A stretch of 43,469 nucleotides of DNA, taken from NCBI GenBank assembly GCA_035475875.1, contig DATIMB010000047.1:1-43469 (forward strand), read 5' to 3'. This document shows positions 31,805 through 41,793 of the stretch, piece after piece; within the stretch, counting starts at the first letter, position 1; every line of letters begins with the position of its first letter. The position numbers and the translations under genes were made by a program. The notes beneath the pieces are model-generated. The model saw nothing but the letters and a program-made list of their open reading frames with translations. It was not told where the DNA came from and ran no database searches. The DNA is from Micrococcaceae bacterium (GTDB lineage Bacteria; Actinomycetota; Actinomycetes; Actinomycetales; Micrococcaceae).

Positions 31805-33345
31805 GGTCTTCTCCAGGTCCTTCCGTCACGGGCCAGCAGTTCATCGGCGGAGGCGGGACCCCAGCTGCCGGGAGGATACGGTTCCGGCTGCAGCCCCTGG
31901 GCCGCCCAGTACTTCTCGAAGGGGTCCAGGATCTTCCAGGACAGCTCCACTTCCTGGTGCCGGGGGAAGAGCGGGGGCTCACCCAGCAGCACGTCCAGGA
32001 TCAGCCGTTCGTACGCTTCCGGACTGGATTCGGTGAAGGCGTGGCCGTAGCCGAAGTCCATGGTCACGTCACGGACTTCCATCTGCGTGCCGGGGACCTT
32101 GGAGCCAAAGCGGATGGTCACGCCCTCGTCCGGCTGCACGCGGATGACGACGGCGTTCTGGCCGAAGTCGTCCTCGTTATGGTCGGTGAACAGCAGGTTC
32201 GGGGCCCGTTTGAAGACGACGGCGATTTCCGTCACCCGCCGCCCCAGCCGTTTGCCGGTGCGCAGGTAGAACGGCACGCCGCTCCAGCGCCGGGTGTTGA
32301 TGTCCAGCCGGATCGCGGCATACGTCTCGGTGGTGGAGTGCGGCGGAATGCCTTCCTCCTCCAGGTATCCGAGCACCTTCTCGCCGCCCTGCCAGCCGCC
32401 GGCGAACTGTCCGCGGGCGGAGTGCGTGGACAGATCCGCGGGCAGTTTGACGGCGGCCAGGACCTTCTCCTTTTCGGCGCGCAGGTCCTCCGCATTGAAG
32501 GAGATGGGCTCCTCCATGGCGGTTAGCGCCAGCAGTTGGAGCAGGTGGTTCTGGATGACGTCCCGAGCCGCCCCAACGCCGTCGTAATAACCCGCCCGTC
32601 CGCCGGTGCCGATGTCCTCCGCCATGGTGATCTGGACGTGGTCCACGTAGTTGGCGTTCCAGAGCGGTTCGAAGAACTGGTTGGCGAAGCGCAGCGCCAG
32701 GATGTTCTGCACCGTCTCCTTGCCCAGGTAGTGGTCGATCCGGAAAACGGCGTCCGGCGGAAAGACGGACTCCACAATGTCATTCAGCGCCCGGGCGGAT
32801 TCCAGATCGTTGCCGAAAGGCTTTTCGATCACCACGCGGCGCCAGTGACCCGCCGGGGCCTGGGCCAGGCCGTGTGCGGAGAGCTGGCGGCAGACCAGCT
32901 CGAAGGCCTTGGGCGGGACGGAGAGGTAGAAGGCGTGGTTGCCGCGCGTGCCGCGGTCCTCGTCCAGCTCGTGGATGGTCGCCTTCAGCCGCTCGAAGGC
33001 GGCGTCGTCGTGGAATTCACCCTGCACAAAGCGGATGCCTTCGGCCAGCTGGTTCCAGACATCCTCGTCGAAGGGGGTACGGCAGTATGCCATCACCGAT
33101 TCCTTCACTTCGGCCGCGAAGTCCTCGTCCGCCCACTGCCGGCGGGCAAAACCCACCAGCGCAAAGCTGGGTGGCAGCAGGCCGCGGTTAGCCAGGTCGT
33201 AGACGGCCGGCATCAGTTTCTTGCGGGACAGGTCTCCGGTGACCCCAAAGATCACCAGTGACGACGGCCCGGCCACCCGGGACAGCCGGCGGTCGCGGCT
33301 GTCCCGGAGCGGATTCGCTTGTTTGCTCGCATCAAAATCGGGCAT
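31801..33345 (-). CDS. zwf: Glucose-6-phosphate 1-dehydrogenase
   Basis: FGVTGDL, EKPFG, RIDHYLGKETVQN, YERL. Confidence 0.99.
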   Translation of the reverse strand: MPDFDASKQANPLRDSRDRRLSRVAGPSSLVIFGVTGDLSRKKLMPAVYDLANRGLLPPSFALVGFARRQWADEDFAAEVKESVMAYCRTPFDEDVWNQLAEGIRFVQGEFHDDAAFERLKATIHELDEDRGTRGNHAFYLSVPPKAFELVCRQLSAHGLAQAPAGHWRRVVIEKPFGNDLESARALNDIVESVFPPDAVFRIDHYLGKETVQNILALRFANQFFEPLWNANYVDHVQITMAEDIGTGGRAGYYDGVGAARDVIQNHLLQLLALTAMEEPISFNAEDLRAEKEKVLAAVKLPADLSTHSARGQFAGGWQGGEKVLGYLEEEGIPPHSTTETYAAIRLDINTRRWSGVPFYLRTGKRLGRRVTEIAVVFKRAPNLLFTDHNEDDFGQNAVVIRVQPDEGVTIRFGSKVPGTQMEVRDVTMDFGYGHAFTESSPEAYERLILDVLLGEPPLFPRHQEVELSWKILDPFEKYWAAQGLQPEPYPPGSWGPASADELLARDGRTWRRP

Positions 33346-33351
33346 GGGGAA

Positions 33352-34980
33352 TTAGTGGCCTTGGAGGTCGGCGCGCTGGCCAGCCAGGGCGGCCACCACG
33401 GATTGGAGTTGTTTCACACCGGCCTCACGGTCGGTGAAATGCAGCCGCAGCACCGGCCGGCCATGCTCCGCCAGCACCTGAGCGTCGCCGGCAGCCTGGG
33501 CCTCGATCAGTTCGCCGAAGCTGAACGGACGCTCCGGAATGGCGAGATCCTGGCTCGGGGCAGCGGTTATCTGCAGGAAGACGCCGATGGCAGGGCCGCC
33601 TTTGTGGAACTGCCCGGTCGAGTGCAGGAAGCGCGGCCCCCAGCCGAACGTGACAGGACGGTGTGCATAGTCCGCCAGTGGTGCGGCGATCTCCGCCAGC
33701 GGGGCGAAGCTGATTCGGTCCAGGTAGGCCTGGATGCTTAGGTATCCGTCCTCGCCGAGCTGTCCGCACAGGGCCTGCACAGCATCGCCGAGCGTGCGCG
33801 ATTCTCCCAGCCAGGCCGGCCCGCGGACCTCGACGGCGCCGTCCACGAAACTGGCCGGGGTGGTTTCCGGCCGGGCATCAAGCAGGCCGCGGGCGGCCTT
33901 TTTGGCTGCCTCCACGTCCGGCTGGTCGAAGGGATTGATGCCCAGCAGCCGTCCGGCCACCGCGATGGCGAATTCCCAGACCATTATCTGCGCGCCCAGC
34001 CCACCCGAAATGACCACCTGGTCCCCGGCCGGTTCGGCGTCGGAATCCGGAGCCACCAGACGCACCACCAGCTCGTCGGCGTCCGGTGCGGTGGGACCGG
34101 GGGCCGGCACGACGACGGGCAGCAAACCGGTACCGAGCTTGCCGGTGGATTCGGCAATGAGCTGCTCGGCCCAGTCGCCGAACCCGACGATGCCGGAGTC
34201 CTCGTCCACCAGGATGATCTTGTTGCGCAGCGGATTCGTCCCGCCCAGGGCGGCCCCGAGGGCCAGGCCGATGTTATCCGTCGCGTCATCCCGCAGCACT
34301 TCCGCGGCTTCTTCCGCTTCGTCCAGCAGGGACTGGATGTCGACGCCGGCCAGCCCGGACGGCACCAGGCCGAAGGCTGTCAGGGCCGAATACCGGCCAC
34401 CGACGTTCGGGTCGGCATTAAAGACCCGCCGGTAGCCTGCTGAGCGGGCGGCGCCATCCAGCGGAGAACCCGGGTCGGTTACCACGACGATACGGCTCTT
34501 GGCATCCAGCCCGGCGGTGGTGAATTCCTGCTCGAAGATGCGCCGTTGCGAATCCGTTTCCAGCGTGGAACCGGACTTGGAGGAAACCACGATCACGGTT
34601 TCCTTCAGCCGGTCCGCCAGGGCGGCCCGGACCTGGTCCGGGTCGGTGCTGTCCAGCACCGTGAGTTCGACCCCGGCCGTGCGGGTGATGACCTCGGGAG
34701 CCAGCGAGGATCCGCCCATGCCGGCCAGCACGACGTGCGTGACGCCGTCGGCCTTCAGCTCCTCGCGCAGGGCCTGGATCTCGGCGATCAGGGGAGCGGA
34801 GACGGCGGGAGCTTCCACCCAGCCTAGCCGGATGGCTGCTTCAGCTTCCGCGTCCGGACCCCAGAGCGTGTGGTCCTTGGCGAAGATGCGGGACGCGACC
34901 TGGTCCGCCACCAGGGCGTCCATGTGCAGGTCCTCGGCCTGCTGCGCGGCGCCGGTGGCGGCAAAGGATAGGCTCGCCAC
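33352..34980 (-). CDS. pgi: Glucose-6-phosphate isomerase (actinobacterial Tal/Pgi-related type)
   Basis: GMGGSSL, SSKSGSTLET, VGGRYSAL, EQLIAESTGK, INPFDQPDVEAAK, HSTGQFHKGG. Confidence 0.93.
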   Translation of the reverse strand: MASLSFAATGAAQQAEDLHMDALVADQVASRIFAKDHTLWGPDAEAEAAIRLGWVEAPAVSAPLIAEIQALREELKADGVTHVVLAGMGGSSLAPEVITRTAGVELTVLDSTDPDQVRAALADRLKETVIVVSSKSGSTLETDSQRRIFEQEFTTAGLDAKSRIVVVTDPGSPLDGAARSAGYRRVFNADPNVGGRYSALTAFGLVPSGLAGVDIQSLLDEAEEAAEVLRDDATDNIGLALGAALGGTNPLRNKIILVDEDSGIVGFGDWAEQLIAESTGKLGTGLLPVVVPAPGPTAPDADELVVRLVAPDSDAEPAGDQVVISGGLGAQIMVWEFAIAVAGRLLGINPFDQPDVEAAKKAARGLLDARPETTPASFVDGAVEVRGPAWLGESRTLGDAVQALCGQLGEDGYLSIQAYLDRISFAPLAEIAAPLADYAHRPVTFGWGPRFLHSTGQFHKGGPAIGVFLQITAAPSQDLAIPERPFSFGELIEAQAAGDAQVLAEHGRPVLRLHFTDREAGVKQLQSVVAALAGQRADLQGH

Positions 34981-34983
34981 GGA

Positions 34984-36135
34984 TCAGGCCTTGGTTCCGG
35001 CGGAGTGCGACTCCAGGGCTTCCTGCACATGATCCACCAGGTCCTGCCAGCTGGCGACGAACTTGTCCAGCCCCTCGGTTTCCAGCAGCTGCACGACGTC
35101 CTGGTAGGAGATGCCCAGCTTCTGGAGGTCGTTGAGCACCTGATTGGAGGCGTCGTAGCTGCCGGTAACGGTGTCGCCTTCGATGACGGCGTGGTCAAAG
35201 GTGGCGTCGAGGGTCTTCTCCGGCATCGTGTTGACCACTCCGGGTGCCACCAGGCCGGTGACGTACATGGTGTCCGGGTAGGCCGGATCCTTCACCCCGG
35301 TGGAGGCCCACAGCGGCCGCTGCGGACGGGCGCCGGCGTCGGCCAGCAGGGCCCAGCGCTCGGAGCCGAAGACCTCCTGGTAGACCTGGTAGGCCAGCCG
35401 GGCGTTGGCCAGGCCGGCCTTGCCCTTGAGCGACTTGGCCTCCTCGGTGCCCAGCGCGTCCAGGCGCTTGTCAACCTCTGTGTCCACCCGGGAGACGAAG
35501 AAGGACGCCACCGAATGGATGAGGGAGAGGTCCTTGCCGTTTTCCTTGGCCCGCTCCAGCCCGGTCAGGAACGCGTTGATGACCTCCCGGTATCGCTCCA
35601 GCGAGAAGATCAGTGTGACGTTGACGCTGATCCCCTCGGCGAGCGTGGCGCTGATCGCCTCGAGGCCCTCTACCGTGGCGGGGATCTTGATGAACACGTT
35701 GCCGCGGTCCACCTTGTCGCGCAGATGCTTCGCCTCCGCGATGGTGCCCTGTGTGTCGCGCGCCTTACGCGGGTCCACTTCAATCGAGACCCGGCCGTCC
35801 ACCCCGTGAGTGGCCTCGGCCACCGGGGCGAACAGGTCGCATCCGTCCGCGACGTCCCGGGTGGTGATCTCGAAGAGCGCCGAGTCGACGTCCAGGCCCT
35901 GGGCGGCTAGTTCGGTCACCTGCTCGTCGTAGGCGTGGCCCTTGCTGATGGCGGCCTGGAAGATACTCGGGTTGGTGGTCACCCCGACCACGTTCTTCTC
36001 GTCCATCAGCTTCTGCAGCGTGCCGGTGGTGAGCCGCTCACGGGAAAGGTCATCCAGCCAGATGGAAACTCCGGCAGCAGAGAGTTGGGCGGTGGGCGTG
36101 GTCTGGGTCGATTGTTCGGAGTTGGTGGTGGTCAT
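34984..36135 (-). CDS. tal: Transaldolase
   Basis: [49 protein letters not shown] 36135 follows AAGGAG. Confidence 0.98.
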   Translation of the reverse strand: MTTTNSEQSTQTTPTAQLSAAGVSIWLDDLSRERLTTGTLQKLMDEKNVVGVTTNPSIFQAAISKGHAYDEQVTELAAQGLDVDSALFEITTRDVADGCDLFAPVAEATHGVDGRVSIEVDPRKARDTQGTIAEAKHLRDKVDRGNVFIKIPATVEGLEAISATLAEGISVNVTLIFSLERYREVINAFLTGLERAKENGKDLSLIHSVASFFVSRVDTEVDKRLDALGTEEAKSLKGKAGLANARLAYQVYQEVFGSERWALLADAGARPQRPLWASTGVKDPAYPDTMYVTGLVAPGVVNTMPEKTLDATFDHAVIEGDTVTGSYDASNQVLNDLQKLGISYQDVVQLLETEGLDKFVASWQDLVDHVQEALESHSAGTKA

Positions 36136-36218
36136 TGCTGATTTCTCCTTGGTATCGCATCGGATGGTGGGAATGCGGGAAGGCACAGGCGCCGGGTCGG
36201 CGCGCGCTATGCCCGCGG

Positions 36219-38408
36219 TTAGCTGACCTGGTCGCCGGTGCTGGAGGACCGGCTTCCCGAGGGTGCCGCCTGCGTCCCGCTGAGCGATTCGGCGCCGCTG
36301 CGCACTGCCTGCAGCGACTCCTTGGCGGCGGCCACCACGGCTTCGGTGGTGATACCGAATTCGCTGAAGAGCGTCTTGAAGTCCGCGGAGGCACCGAAAT
36401 GCTCCAGCGAAACCGAGCGGCCGTTGTCGCCTACCAGCCGGTGCCATCCCTGCGCGATTCCGGCCTCAACCGAGACCCGGGCCTTCACGCCGGAGGGAAG
36501 CACCTTTTCGCGGTAGGCGGCGTCCTGCTTGTTGAACCATTCCAGGCAGGGCAGGGAAACCACCCGCGCGCGGATCCCTTCGGCCTGCAGGGCCTCCCGC
36601 GCGTCCACCGCCAGCTGCACCTCTGAGCCGGTTCCCATCAGGATGACGTCCGGATCGCCGCCCTCGGCCTCCGCCAGCACATAACCGCCCCGGGCCACGC
36701 CCTCCGCGGAGGCGAACGTGGAGCCGGTGGCCTCGCCGTCGCCGCGCTCGAAGGTCGGGATGTTCTGGCGTGTCAGTACCATTCCGGCCGGATTCTCGGT
36801 GTTTTCCAGGATCGTCTTCCATGCCACTGCTACTTCGTTGGCGTCGCCGGGACGCACCACGTCCAGTCCGGGGATGGCGCGCAGCGAGGCGAGCTGCTCC
36901 ACCGGCTGGTGCGTCGGGCCGTCCTCGCCCAGGCCGATCGAATCGTGCGTCCACACGTAGATGGAGGGCACACCCATCAGCGCACCCAGGCGGATGGCCG
37001 GGCGCTGGTAGTCGCTGAAGATCAGGAAGGTGGCGGAGAAAGCACGGGTGCTGCTGTGCATCACAATGCCGTTGACGATGGCGGCGGCGGCGTGCTCGCG
37101 GATACCGAAGTGCAGCGTGCGCCCGTACGGGTTGCCCTTCCACAGGTCCGTCTGCTTGCCCGCGGGAATGAAGGATGGGTAGCCCTCGAAAGCAGTGTTG
37201 GTGGACTCGGCCAGGTCGCAGGAGCCACCCCAGAGTTCCGGCAGCACGCCGGCGATTGAGTTGAGCACCTTGCCGGAGGCCTTGCGGGTGGCCACCGCCT
37301 CGCCGGCCTTGAAGGTGGGCAGGTTCTTTTCCCAGCCCTCCGGCAGTTTCCGGGCCGCGATCCGCTCCAGCAGTTCATTCGCCTCCGGATTGGCGTTCTT
37401 CCAGGCGGCAAAGCCCTTTTCCCAGTCGGCGCGCAGTTCCTTGCCGCGCTCCTTGACCTGGCGAGCGTGCTCCAGCACCTCGGGCTCGACGACGAAGGAC
37501 TGCTCCGGGTCGAAGCCGAGTTCGCGCTTCACCGCGGCCACCTCGTCCCCGCCAAGGGCGGAGCCATGGATCTTGCCGGTGTTCTGCTTGTTCGGCGCCG
37601 GCCAGCCAATGATGGTGCGCAGTGCCACGATGGACGGCCGTGAGGTTTCCTTCTTCGCAGCCACCAGGGCGGCGTAAAGTTCCTGGACGTCTTCCTTGTA
37701 TTCGCCGGTTTTGGTGAAGTCCACGCGCTGGACGTGCCAGCCGTACGCCTCATAGCGGAGAAGAACATCTTCGGAGAAGGCCACGTCCGTGTCGTCCTCG
37801 ATCGAAATGTGGTTCTGGTCGTACAAGACCACCATGTTGCCCAGTTCCTGGTGGCCGGCCAGTGACGAAGCCTCGCTCGTGACGCCCTCCTGCATGTCGC
37901 CGTCGGAGGCAAAGACCCAGATCGTGTGGTCGAACGGGCTGGTGCCGGGGGCGGCATCGGGATCGAACATGCCGCGCTGGCGGCGCTGGGCGAAGGCGAA
38001 CCCGACCGAGGACGCCAGTCCCTGGCCCAGCGGGCCGGTGGTGATTTCGACGCCGGCAGTGTGACGGTATTCGGGGTGGCCGGGGGTTTTGGAACCCCAG
38101 GTGCGCAGCGATTCCAGGTCCTCCAGCTCCAGGCCGTAGCCGGAGAGGAAGAGCTGGATGTACAGCGTCAGCGAGGTGTGGCCGGGGGAGAGGACAAAGC
38201 GGTCGCGTCCGGTCCACTGCGGATCCGAGGGATCATGGCGCAGCAGCTTCTGGAACAGCAGGTAGGCCGCGGGGGCCAGGGACATCGCGGTGCCCGGATG
38301 GCCGTTGCCCACCTTCTCTACCGCATCGGCGGCAAGGACACGGATGGTGTCAACGGCACGCTGGTCCAGGGTGGTCCATGACAGTTCTTGGTCTTCCAGT
38401 TGTGGCAC
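36219..38408 (-). CDS. tkt: Transketolase
   Basis: [34 protein letters not shown] (TPP motif), [24 protein letters not shown] 38408 follows GAGAGGG (alternative 38426). Confidence 0.99.
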   Translation of the reverse strand: MPQLEDQELSWTTLDQRAVDTIRVLAADAVEKVGNGHPGTAMSLAPAAYLLFQKLLRHDPSDPQWTGRDRFVLSPGHTSLTLYIQLFLSGYGLELEDLESLRTWGSKTPGHPEYRHTAGVEITTGPLGQGLASSVGFAFAQRRQRGMFDPDAAPGTSPFDHTIWVFASDGDMQEGVTSEASSLAGHQELGNMVVLYDQNHISIEDDTDVAFSEDVLLRYEAYGWHVQRVDFTKTGEYKEDVQELYAALVAAKKETSRPSIVALRTIIGWPAPNKQNTGKIHGSALGGDEVAAVKRELGFDPEQSFVVEPEVLEHARQVKERGKELRADWEKGFAAWKNANPEANELLERIAARKLPEGWEKNLPTFKAGEAVATRKASGKVLNSIAGVLPELWGGSCDLAESTNTAFEGYPSFIPAGKQTDLWKGNPYGRTLHFGIREHAAAAIVNGIVMHSSTRAFSATFLIFSDYQRPAIRLGALMGVPSIYVWTHDSIGLGEDGPTHQPVEQLASLRAIPGLDVVRPGDANEVAVAWKTILENTENPAGMVLTRQNIPTFERGDGEATGSTFASAEGVARGGYVLAEAEGGDPDVILMGTGSEVQLAVDAREALQAEGIRARVVSLPCLEWFNKQDAAYREKVLPSGVKARVSVEAGIAQGWHRLVGDNGRSVSLEHFGASADFKTLFSEFGITTEAVVAAAKESLQAVRSGAESLSGTQAAPSGSRSSSTGDQVS

Positions 38409-38747
38409 TTGCCGGGGCCCTCTCACTTAGGTGTCAGTGGCTCACGGCGCGCAGGTGCCCAGAGGCACCGGATCCGGATCGTTGTGCACCCGGAGCCAGC
38501 CGCCGCTCACCGTTGAAACAGATGTCATATCACTCGGTTTCCAGCTTAGTCCTAAACGCGATGCCGATCACCAAACGGTCACGGTTCCGGGCGACGCAAA
38601 CCCGCTGAATGCAAGCAATATAAGGTAATCCGGCGTCAATTGCATCGGCACTGTCCTTTGCCCCGGGCAGGTATGATAAAAGCTGATCCTGGACCGCTAT
38701 GAGCGGGTCCGTGCACGCCTGGGCGAAAGCCCCGCAGCTTTAAGCGA

Positions 38748-38775
38748 AACGCTTCAGGCACAACGCTTCAGGCAC
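38748..38775. repeat. Exact 14-bp tandem duplication AACGCTTCAGGCAC x2 in the ctaB leader
   Basis: 38748-38761 and 38762-38775. Confidence 0.85.
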
Positions 38776-38835
38776 AGAGGTTCGACTAACAGCTTTGACC
38801 ACAGACTGACCCGCAGATAGAACTGGTGACCATCC

Positions 38836-39780
38836 GTGAGTGCAACCAATACGACGATGACCACTGCCGGCAACGGCAGACTCGGGTTCAGCGGCAAGGT
38901 GAAGGCCTACGTCGCGCTGACCAAGCCCCGCGTCATCGAACTGCTGCTGGTTACCACCCTGCCCACCATGATCTTCGCGGCCCGCAGCTTTCCTGACATC
39001 TGGCTCATTCTCGCCACCCTGGTCGGTGGCGCCTTTGCCGCCGGCAGCGCCGGTGCATTCAACTGCTACATTGACCGCGATATCGACAAGGTCATGCACC
39101 GCACCGAGAACCGGCCGCTGGTGACCGGAGCGGTTTCACCGCGTGAGGCGCTGGTCTTTTCCTGGGCCTTGGGTGCTGCCGCCATCGCCATCCTGTGGTT
39201 TGGCGCCAATCCGCTCTCCGGCATGCTCGGTGTGGCAGCGATCTTCCTGTACGTCGTGGTCTACTCCATGATCCTCAAGCGACGCACCTCGCAGAACATT
39301 GTCTGGGGCGGCGCCGCCGGCTGCATGCCGGTGCTCATTGCCTGGGCGGCGGTGACCAACACGGTCCAGTGGCCCGCGGTGATCCTGTTCATGATTATTT
39401 TCCTTTGGACCCCGCCGCACTACTGGCCGCTGTCCATGCGCTACAGCGACGACTACAACGCCGCAAAGGTTCCGATGCTGGGCGCCGTCGCCGGATCCCG
39501 CGTTGTCTCTGTGCAGGTGGTGTTGTACAGCTGGGCGATGGTGGTCTGCTCACTGCTGATGGTGCCGCTGGGCAACGCCGGCATCGTCTACACCGTGGTT
39601 GCCGTGGCGTCCGGTGGCTGGTTCCTGTTCGAGGCCCACAAGCTCTACCGGAACGCCCAGCACAACGAGGTGACCAATAAGGGCGCCATGAAGGTCTTCC
39701 ACGGCTCCATCAGCTACCTGACCCTGCTGTTTGTCGCGCTGGCGGTCGATCCCTTCGTCGGCCTCCCGCTGATCCGCTAG
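38836..39780 (+). CDS. ctaB: Heme O synthase (protoheme IX farnesyltransferase)
   Basis: [52 protein letters not shown]; divergent from tkt as in other Actinobacteria. Confidence 0.97.
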   Translation: MSATNTTMTTAGNGRLGFSGKVKAYVALTKPRVIELLLVTTLPTMIFAARSFPDIWLILATLVGGAFAAGSAGAFNCYIDRDIDKVMHRTENRPLVTGAVSPREALVFSWALGAAAIAILWFGANPLSGMLGVAAIFLYVVVYSMILKRRTSQNIVWGGAAGCMPVLIAWAAVTNTVQWPAVILFMIIFLWTPPHYWPLSMRYSDDYNAAKVPMLGAVAGSRVVSVQVVLYSWAMVVCSLLMVPLGNAGIVYTVVAVASGGWFLFEAHKLYRNAQHNEVTNKGAMKVFHGSISYLTLLFVALAVDPFVGLPLIR

Positions 39781-39790
39781 GCCCCGTCCG

Positions 39791-39828
39791 GCCGATCCGT
39801 TGGGGCCGACCCCAGGTCCAGGATCGGC
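39791..39828 (+). terminator. Hairpin after ctaB
   Basis: GCCGATCC...GGATCGGC outer stem enclosing an inner TGGGG/CCCCA stem; no U-tract. Confidence 0.45.
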
Positions 39829-39929
39829 GTTGGGGTTGCGGCCTCGGGGATCGGATGGGTACGTCCTGAAGCCTGCTGCGAGTGCCTGCAATGTGTGCAA
39901 CAGTTGCCCTGCAGACAGCTTTTTGTTAG

Positions 39930-39979
39930 CCGGCCGATCCCTGAACACAGCCAACCGGCCAATCCCTGAACACAGCCAA
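39930..39979. repeat. 25-bp tandem duplication between convergent ctaB and ctaA
   Basis: ccggccgatccctgaacacagccaa / ccggccaatccctgaacacagccaa. Confidence 0.85.
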
Positions 39980-40052
39980 TGTGAGCGCCGGCGGGACCTG
40001 TTGACCTACCGCGACGCATCATGACCTATCGGGAGCCGGTCAGATGCTCGAG

Positions 40053-41021
40053 TCAGATGCTCGGGACGGCCCGCTGGACCGTGTGCCGCGACGCCAGCGC
40101 CAGATCGGCCAGATTGGTCGCCGTGGCCAGCAGGATCGCCGCTCCCAGCATGTGCAGGCCCACCAGCAGGGGCGGAAGGCCGGTGAAGTGCTGGGCGTAG
40201 CCGATGGCTCCCTGGAAGAGCACGGAAGCCAGCAGCAGGATGGCGCCGGTCCTCAGGACGTCGCGGGAGGCACGCCGCCAGAGCAGGGCCAGCAGGATGA
40301 AGCTGGTGATCACCAGGATGTACACCGGCAGGACGTGTACGCGGGTGATGAGGTCCGGGTTGAGGTCGTTCCGCGGGGCATTGGCATCGCCCGCATGCGG
40401 GCCGGAGCCGGTGACCATGGTGCCCAGCACCACGGCCAGTCCTGTGCACACGGCGGCGAGGACGGCCAGTTGCCGGACGGTCTTGGAGGCGGGCAGCGGC
40501 CGGACGGGGGCGGCGGTTCCGGTGCGGCCGTAGGTCCGGTTAACCAGCAGCATCGAAAAGACGATCAGGGCCGCGGAGACCAGGAAGTGCAGCCCGACGA
40601 CCCAGGGGTTCAAACGCGTCAGCACCGAGATACCGCCGATCACCGCCTGCGCCGGGATGCTGGCCAGCAGCGCGAACGCGAGCCAGAACAGATCCTTGCG
40701 TTCCTTGCGCAGGTTCCACAGGAAGACCAGCATCAGGGCAGCGACCACGGCCAGGGCAAAGGTCAGCGTCCGGTTCCCGAATTCGATGATGCCGTGGATG
40801 CCCATTTCGGGCGTGTTGACCAGGGAACCGGGGGTGCAGTTGGGCCAGGTGGGGCAGCCCAGGCCGGAGGCGGTCAACCGGACGGCGCCGCCGGTGACGA
40901 TCAGGACCGACTGGCCGATCAGCGAAGCCACGGACAAGCCCCGCAGCGTCGCGTTCACGCTCGTCGGCAGTTTGTGGGTGACGGACTGGTAGCCCTGCTT
41001 CAATTGTTCTGTAACGGCCAC
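40053..41021 (-). CDS. ctaA: Heme A synthase (COX15/CtaA family)
   Basis: TGGAVRLTASGLGCPTWPNC, IEFGNR, QAVIGG, VGLHF, GSGPHAGD, VGLHMLGA. Confidence 0.93.
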   Translation of the reverse strand: MAVTEQLKQGYQSVTHKLPTSVNATLRGLSVASLIGQSVLIVTGGAVRLTASGLGCPTWPNCTPGSLVNTPEMGIHGIIEFGNRTLTFALAVVAALMLVFLWNLRKERKDLFWLAFALLASIPAQAVIGGISVLTRLNPWVVGLHFLVSAALIVFSMLLVNRTYGRTGTAAPVRPLPASKTVRQLAVLAAVCTGLAVVLGTMVTGSGPHAGDANAPRNDLNPDLITRVHVLPVYILVITSFILLALLWRRASRDVLRTGAILLLASVLFQGAIGYAQHFTGLPPLLVGLHMLGAAILLATATNLADLALASRHTVQRAVPSI

Positions 41022-41025
41022 GAAC

Positions 41026-41793
41026 TCAACTCCACTTGAACCAACGGATGGCGGCGGCGGCGGCCAACACTGACCACCCCACCAAGACTACAACTGCAAG
41101 AATGTTCGCCTGGCCCAGCACCAACGCATCGCGCATGGCCTGGCCAAGTGCGCCGGATGGAAGATAGTGCACCACGTCCTGCACGATGGGTGGCAGCCGG
41201 GTAGGCGGCAGGACAATCCCGCCCAAGGCCCCGAGCAGGATCCAGAGCAGATTCGTGATGGCCAGCGTTGCCTCGGGCCGGACGGTGCCGGCAATCAGCA
41301 GGCCCAGCGAGGTGAAGGAGACCGCGCCCAGGACCAGCAGCGGGATCCCCAGCAGGATGCCCGCGGCGGCCGGGCGCCAGCCCAGCAGCAAGGCAACGAC
41401 GGCGACAATGGCCACCTGGATGACCAGCACAGCCAGCACGGCCAGCACCTTGCCGGCGATCAGACCCGCCCTACCCAAGGGAGTCGTGGAAAGGAACCTG
41501 AGGACCCCGTACCGACGGTCGAAGCCGGTGGCGATGCCCTGGCCGGTGAACGCGGTCGACATGGCACACAGGGCCAGCACGCCAGGGGTGGCGATGTTCA
41601 CCCGGCTGGCTCCGAGCCCGTCCAGCAGCGGCGTCACGGTCAGCGCGATCAGGCCCATCAGCGGAAGCACGATGGCAAGGATCAGCTGTTCCCCGTTGCG
41701 CAGCATGGTTACGGTCTCGTACCGGCCCTGCAGCAGCACCCGCCGCAGCAGCGGAGCAGGGGCGGACTTCTCCAGCAATTGCACGGCGGTCAT
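41026..41793 (-). CDS. ABC-2 type transporter permease (Rv1457c-like)
   Basis: LRNGEQL, AFTGQGIATGFDRRYGVLRFLSTTPL, six TM segments. ATG 41793 overlaps the ATPase stop (ATGA). Confidence 0.9.
   Translation of the reverse strand: MTAVQLLEKSAPAPLLRRVLLQGRYETVTMLRNGEQLILAIVLPLMGLIALTVTPLLDGLGASRVNIATPGVLALCAMSTAFTGQGIATGFDRRYGVLRFLSTTPLGRAGLIAGKVLAVLAVLVIQVAIVAVVALLLGWRPAAAGILLGIPLLVLGAVSFTSLGLLIAGTVRPEATLAITNLLWILLGALGGIVLPPTRLPPIVQDVVHYLPSGALGQAMRDALVLGQANILAVVVLVGWSVLAAAAAIRWFKWS

Noticed and set aside
36136-36447. N-terminal extension of transaldolase (start 36447)
   Set aside because: Overlaps tkt; ATG 36135 has an AAGGAG RBS and the transaldolase motifs begin after it.
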